DNA from: Christensenella sp. UBA4247
GTDB taxonomy: Bacteria; Bacillota; Clostridia; Christensenellales; CAG-1252
Assembly (NCBI GenBank): GCA_002395405.1
Contig: DGWX01000062.1
Span: 1-56,933, forward strand
Length of the DNA: 56,933 nucleotides
Reading direction: 5' to 3'
The notes beneath the pieces were generated by a model, which was not told the DNA's origin, ran no database searches, and saw only the letters and a list, made by a program, of their open reading frames with translations. Of this stretch, positions 50,501 to 56,500 are shown in pieces (within the stretch, counting starts at the first letter, position 1; each line of letters opens with the position of its first letter). A program made the position numbers and the translations under genes.

Positions 50501-53500
50501 TCGTAAACGGTATCGCCTTCTCTCGTAACGAGAAGATCGGAGATCGTGATCGTGGCTTGCAGTTTCAATCCGGAAACCATCTTACCGATCGCGTCTTTCA
50601 AAGCGCTTCCTTTCAGAGAAGCGAGATTCAAGCCTTCGGCTTTAAGCCCGCTTGCGGCGAGTTCGACTTTTACGGAATAATGCGCGTGATTTTGCGCGTC
50701 GGAGGTAAGAAGGAATTCCAGCGCGCCGAGATAACCCCCTTCGGTCGAAGCAACGTGCTCGCCGATGATCTCGCCCTGCTCGTTCATCGTGGCGCCCGTT
50801 TTCGCTTCCACGCTCATTTCGGCGGCGATATGGAACGCGCCCGCTTCGCCGAGAGCGCTCGCACCGGCGGTAATACCTTCGTTTCCTATGATCTTATCCT
50901 TCCATTCCGTTCTTTCCGTAAGGGAAGAATCGAAGAAAAGCGAAGCGCGATGCACCGCGACTTCGAGGAAGGAATTCTCGTTCATTTGTAACACGACGCT
51001 AAGTCCGTCGGAAGAAAGAGTCGCTTTCAGCCCGTCGGTCGGAGGCACGAGCGCGGAAAGTCTGTAACTGCCGAGTCGCATCAACGACAGCACCAAATCA
51101 AGCGCTCCGCCGTCCGCGCTGACAACGAGACCGTCCTCTTCCGAGAACACGACTTGCAGGATCTTCGCCAGCAATCCGCTCGTTTCTTCAAGGGTTCCGT
51201 TTCCTTCGCTCTCCGCCGCGGAAGGCTGCATCCTTTGGAGATAAGGCGCGATAAGATCGAGAACGGCGCCGTGCAATCCGAGTCCGGAAATGCGAACGGC
51301 GTTCTCCGCGCCGTAAGCGGAACCGCTGATATAGAGCGCTTCCTCCTTTCCGAATTGCGTTTCTTCCGCCGAATTGTAATAGAGAGAGATCAAGCTCGAC
51401 GTTCTGCCGTAAAGTTCGCCGTCACCCGTTTTCAAATAGAAGGAAAGCCAAAGTTCGGCGTCGGGTTCGAGAAGCCCGTTCAAAGTTACGTTCGCGGCGA
51501 GTTCCAGCCCGAGCGCCATCGTAACGAGGTCTTCCGCCGTGTTGTTTCCGATTTGTACTTTCAGCGCTTCGCCTTCGATATTTTCGCTTACGAAATTTGT
51601 TATGGTCTTCGCGTACTCGCCGTCCATAGAGAAGGTAACGTCCGCCGCAACGGAAAATCCGACGGAAAGCTCTCGCCAATCGCGGAATCGGGAGAGATCG
51701 CCGAACAGATCGCGCGACTTGAATCCGACCGCGAGATTTCCGATCCCGATGCCGAGATCGAGGTGGAGATCGTCTCCGTCCTTCGCGAGAATGCCGATAT
51801 CAACGGCAACGTCTTCCAAATTTACGTTTGCGGACACCACGAATTCGGGCAAGATCAATTTCAGTCCGAGGAGCGACGTAACGACGGCTAAACTGTTCGC
51901 CTTGGTCACCACACCGACTACGCCCACCGTTCCGTCCAAATACACATAATCCACAACGTCGTTTATGATTTCGAGAACGCTCTTGCGCGCGTGAACGCGG
52001 CAGTCGCAACCTTCGTTCAAAACTTGCTCGCCGTTTTCCTCGTGGAAGCAACTCTGAAGCGTCTTACACGCGGGGTTCATACAGCCGCATTCAAGATCGG
52101 GATAATGGCAAGTGCAGGTGCAAGAAGAAGAACAGGTCGCGGTAGCGGCGCTCTTTCCGCACGTTCCGTTTTGCAAGCATTCGTCGCAATTACAGCCGCA
52201 AGAAAGAACGGGTTCGCTTGCCTCCGCGGAAGAGATCGCCCCGCGGATATATTCCATTAACGAAGTTCCCGTGATCTTGATTTCCGGAAGTCCGATCAAT
52301 CCGAGCGAAACGTAAGCGGTATCGGTTTCGCTGTCATAGGCAACGTAAGCGTATTCCGAGCCGTCTCCGCCTTTTACAGACAGCGCGAATTGCAGGAATT
52401 CAAAGGAGGCGAGATCCGCGTTTACGTCGAGACGGATCGTCAAAGGCGCGTTCAAAGCGGCGCCCACGTTTCCATCCGCGCCGAGATATAAAGATAACTC
52501 GCTCGCAATGTCGCCGATCAGATCGTCGAGTTTCAGCATATCCAAAACGCTGCGGATCGAATCCGTCGCGTCATAACGGAATGTGCCCGTTTCGAGATCC
52601 AAAGTAACGGTAATTCCCGCCGAAACGCGGCTGAGATCAAGGTCGGTTCCCCTGCCGAGGAACACATAGTCTTCTTTGGAAAGCCCGTTTCCGTACATAT
52701 AAGAGGAAAGCGAAAGGCTCTTATCCAGTCCGAGAACAATGCCGTCGATAGACGCGTTTACGAAAGCCCCGGGGAGAACCGCGCCGAGGTTTACGCTAAC
52801 GCCGCCGTCAAGCGTAATGCCCACTTTCACGCTTTCTATGAGCTTCTCGAAATCCAAAGATCCGACGTTCAGCTCCATTGCGGAAATAACGCCCGCGATG
52901 AGCGCGCCCGAAATCGAAACGCTGATCCCGTTTTGATCCAGCATCAACACGGCGAGTCTGCCGAGAGATTCCGCCGTCTCTTCCGCTTCGGACAAGGATT
53001 CGAATGCCGCGGCTACTTCGGAAAGGAAGAGAGCGTCTATATCCACTGCGTAAGAGATCGGTTCCACGCCGAGCCAAGGCGCTCTGAGATACGCCGTGCT
53101 CGAAGGTCCGTCGAAATAAAGGGCAAGCATCAACTCTCGCGTTCCGAGAATGCGATCGTCTTCAAAGAGCGCGAAGTAGATCTCCGCGGTCGGAACGACG
53201 GCGGAAACGGTCGAGAGATCCGAGAAATCCATTTCCGTCAGATCCACGTTCGCTTTCAAGTCGAAGGACAGATCCCAGCGCGTCATACGGCGAACGTCAA
53301 TGCCGAACTTAGCGCCGTCCACGAACTGCCTAACGAGCGCGGCGAGCTTTTCGTTTCCTTGCTCGAAAGACACAGTCAGCGAGCCGCTGACTTCCGCGGA
53401 AACCTTTCCGAACGATCCGAAATTCAATTCGCCGTACTGCGATCGATCAAGACCGAGATCGCGATGGGCAAATTGAACTCCGAGGTTTCCGACCGTCAGA

Positions 53501-56500
53501 TCCACGTAATTATTTTCGTCATAAGCGAGTTTTACGCCTACGTCGATTCCGTCGATAAAGTTTACGCGAAGAGACGGCGTCAGTCTCGGGAGCGAATCGC
53601 CGAGTCCGCCCACGCCGAGGATACTCATTACGCGCTTAAAGCTGTCTTGCATTAGCGTAACGCCGATGCCGCGCTTCGTAAGATCGATGCGATCGAAAAG
53701 CCCGATGACGCCGTCAAGCGCGTCCGCCTCTGCCGCGCTTTCCGAAACGCAGTGCGAACAGGTGCAACCGTAAGCGCAGCTCGATCCGTCGCAATAAGCG
53801 GCATTCAAACATTCTTCGCAGTTACAACCGCAAGAAAGATTGGATACTTTGATACGGAATTTCGGAACGTCCATTCCGTAAACGGCGCCGTCGCTTGCGA
53901 GAGTGGAAAGACCCTCCGCGTCCACGTACAAATACAATCCGTCGAAATAGACTCTGACGAGAAGATCGCCGTCTTTCAAAAGCTCTATGCGCGCGTTAAA
54001 ATGCAACCCGTCCGAAAGATCGAAATTCGAACTGACGCGCAAAACGAATCGGCCCGAGAAATCTTCTTTAACGTCGAAAGTCAGCGCTGTGTTCATCAAT
54101 ACTTCGCCGATGCTGTTCGGAACGATCCCTCCGAGCTCTTCCATAAAGTCGGTAAAATCGTACTGCATATCGGAGAAGGCGTAATCGAGATCCGCTTCGA
54201 ATTGAACGTAGATCGAATCGAGCGAAGTCGCGTCGCGGTATTCCCTGCCGGCGCTCTCATATACGCTTTGCGGAACGACCTCTCTTCTTGCGAGAGTTGC
54301 GGAAATATCGGATACTTTCATAGCCACGTATGGGTTTTTATATCCGAGCGCGCCTTCGGAGGTATCGAAAGCGATCTTCGCGCCGATCTCGAATCCGTCC
54401 ACGAGGCGAACGTAAACTTTGCTCGAAGAATCGAGATCCAAAACGGTATCGGTGTTCTTATCGTCCGTCAAAAGATCGATCAAAGTCGCGATAAAGCGAT
54501 CGGCGAGAAGAACGGAGATCTCGTCTCCGATATATACGCCGCCCATCATTCCGCCTACGATATCCAAGATTTGCTTACTCGAAAGCGCGCTCTCCGCCGC
54601 CGCGGGGATCGAGGGCGTTTCTCTTTCCGCTCCGATTGCGGTTCGGAAGAAATCTTCGAGCTTGATCTTATACATAAACTTCGGAAGCGTCGTTCCGTCC
54701 GCGCTGATAGAAAGCCCCGTTGCGTCCACAAACACGGCGCTTTCGCCCGCCGCGTATTCTCCGTAATAAAGCGCGATCACAAGGTCGCCCAAAGCGCCCG
54801 ACGCGTCTTGCTTATAGATCTTTACGGCAAGCTCGACGTTCGCAAGGTTCAGTTCGACGTTCGCGCCTCCGAAGAAGTTGGACATTTTGATAGGATCAAA
54901 AGCGATATTCGCGTCCACTTGAATATCCAGCCCGCCCGAGATCGGCTCTTTTACTCCGAGCACGCAGGCAAGTTCGGCAACGATATTGCCGAGCGCGTCG
55001 CCGAGATTGACTTCTTTTAAGCTGCCCGTATCGCCCGAAAGGGATAAGAGGGCGGAAAGGGAAATATTCGAAAATTCTTCGAGCGAAGAATAACCCGCCG
55101 AAGAAAAATCGTCTTTATCCACGATAAATTTCGGTCTGTATCCGAAAGAAAGTTGATCCAAAGAAACGCGAATAAACGTATCTTCGGTTAGTTTAACGTC
55201 GGCGTTCAGGAACAAGCCGAACCCGGAGATCAATCCGAGTTCCACTCTGATCGAGCGGATCGCCACGTCCACGCTGGACAAGGTCTCGTTTACTCCGTTT
55301 ACGATACTTGCGAACAAGTCGAATTTATCTTGCGCGGACTTGATGTCGGCGGCATAATCGGCGATCAATTGCTCTTTTGCGCGAAGAAGGATCTCTTTTC
55401 CCTCTTTCAACCTGTCGAGCTTGTTGTTCTCTTCGGTGATCCTGCCTTCCAAGCGAACGATCTCGCCTATTCCGATACTGCCCGACGATCTACCGTCCGC
55501 AAGTTGGCGTTCGAGAGCGGCGATCTCGGCTTCTTTTTCCTCGATCTCCTTCTGTTTCGCTTCTATATCCTTCTCCACGGCGGCGACCGACGTGTCGTTC
55601 GCTTCAGCGTCGATGGCTTTTTTAAGATCGTCCGACGCGTCGCGAGCCAAGCCTTCCACAACGGACAAAATAACCGAACGATCCATTGTTACCGCAACGG
55701 ACTTACGCCCGCCCGGACGGCGTTCCATCGTGTTCAAAACGCGAACGATAATATCGAACACGTCAAGCTTCGCGTAACTTCTGTCTTCTCCCGCCGCCGC
55801 CACGTAAGCGTACGTTCCGGTTTGCGTAATGTTCGAAAGCGCCTCGTCATAATCGTCGCCCTCTTCTCCGAAAGTTTCCACGATAAGCGAACGGATCGCT
55901 TCGCCTTCCGCGGTCGCTTCGCTCGCCGTTCCGAGAAGCGATGCGAGCGTTTCGGTGACAAAGGAATTCAAAACGTCCGCAACGTTCAATCCTTCGTACA
56001 CGAATTTCGGGAGATTCGCGTAAGAGAAATCCACGTACAGGGAATTTTTGGTCCCTATATAATAAACCGTTCCGAGAAGGACGTTTCCTTTCGTCGTAAC
56101 TTCATAAAGGTAAAGCTCTATGTAGTTCTTTTCGTTATAATTCCAGCTGATCTCGGCGTTTACGTCCACATACAAGCCGATCGTTCCTTCTCCGAGCGTC
56201 AACGTACGCTCGCCGAACGATCCGAGCGACGAAAGCCCGAAGAACTCGGTCAGGACGCCGCCGATCAAATTGTCGATCGTTACCTGCTTTTCGCTTCCGT
56301 TTTCAAGATCGACTTTGAAAGAAACTTCGAAGTTCGTAAGCCCGAACTTGCGGTAATCGGTAAACTCGGGGAACACGATGGCTTCCACCTGACGGGAATC
56401 GGAACCGTAATACTCGTTGTCCATAATGAAGTCCACGGCGAAGGTTTCCGCTCCGTAACCGAGATCCACGTCGATATTCGTCAGCTTTCCGTCCGAAACG

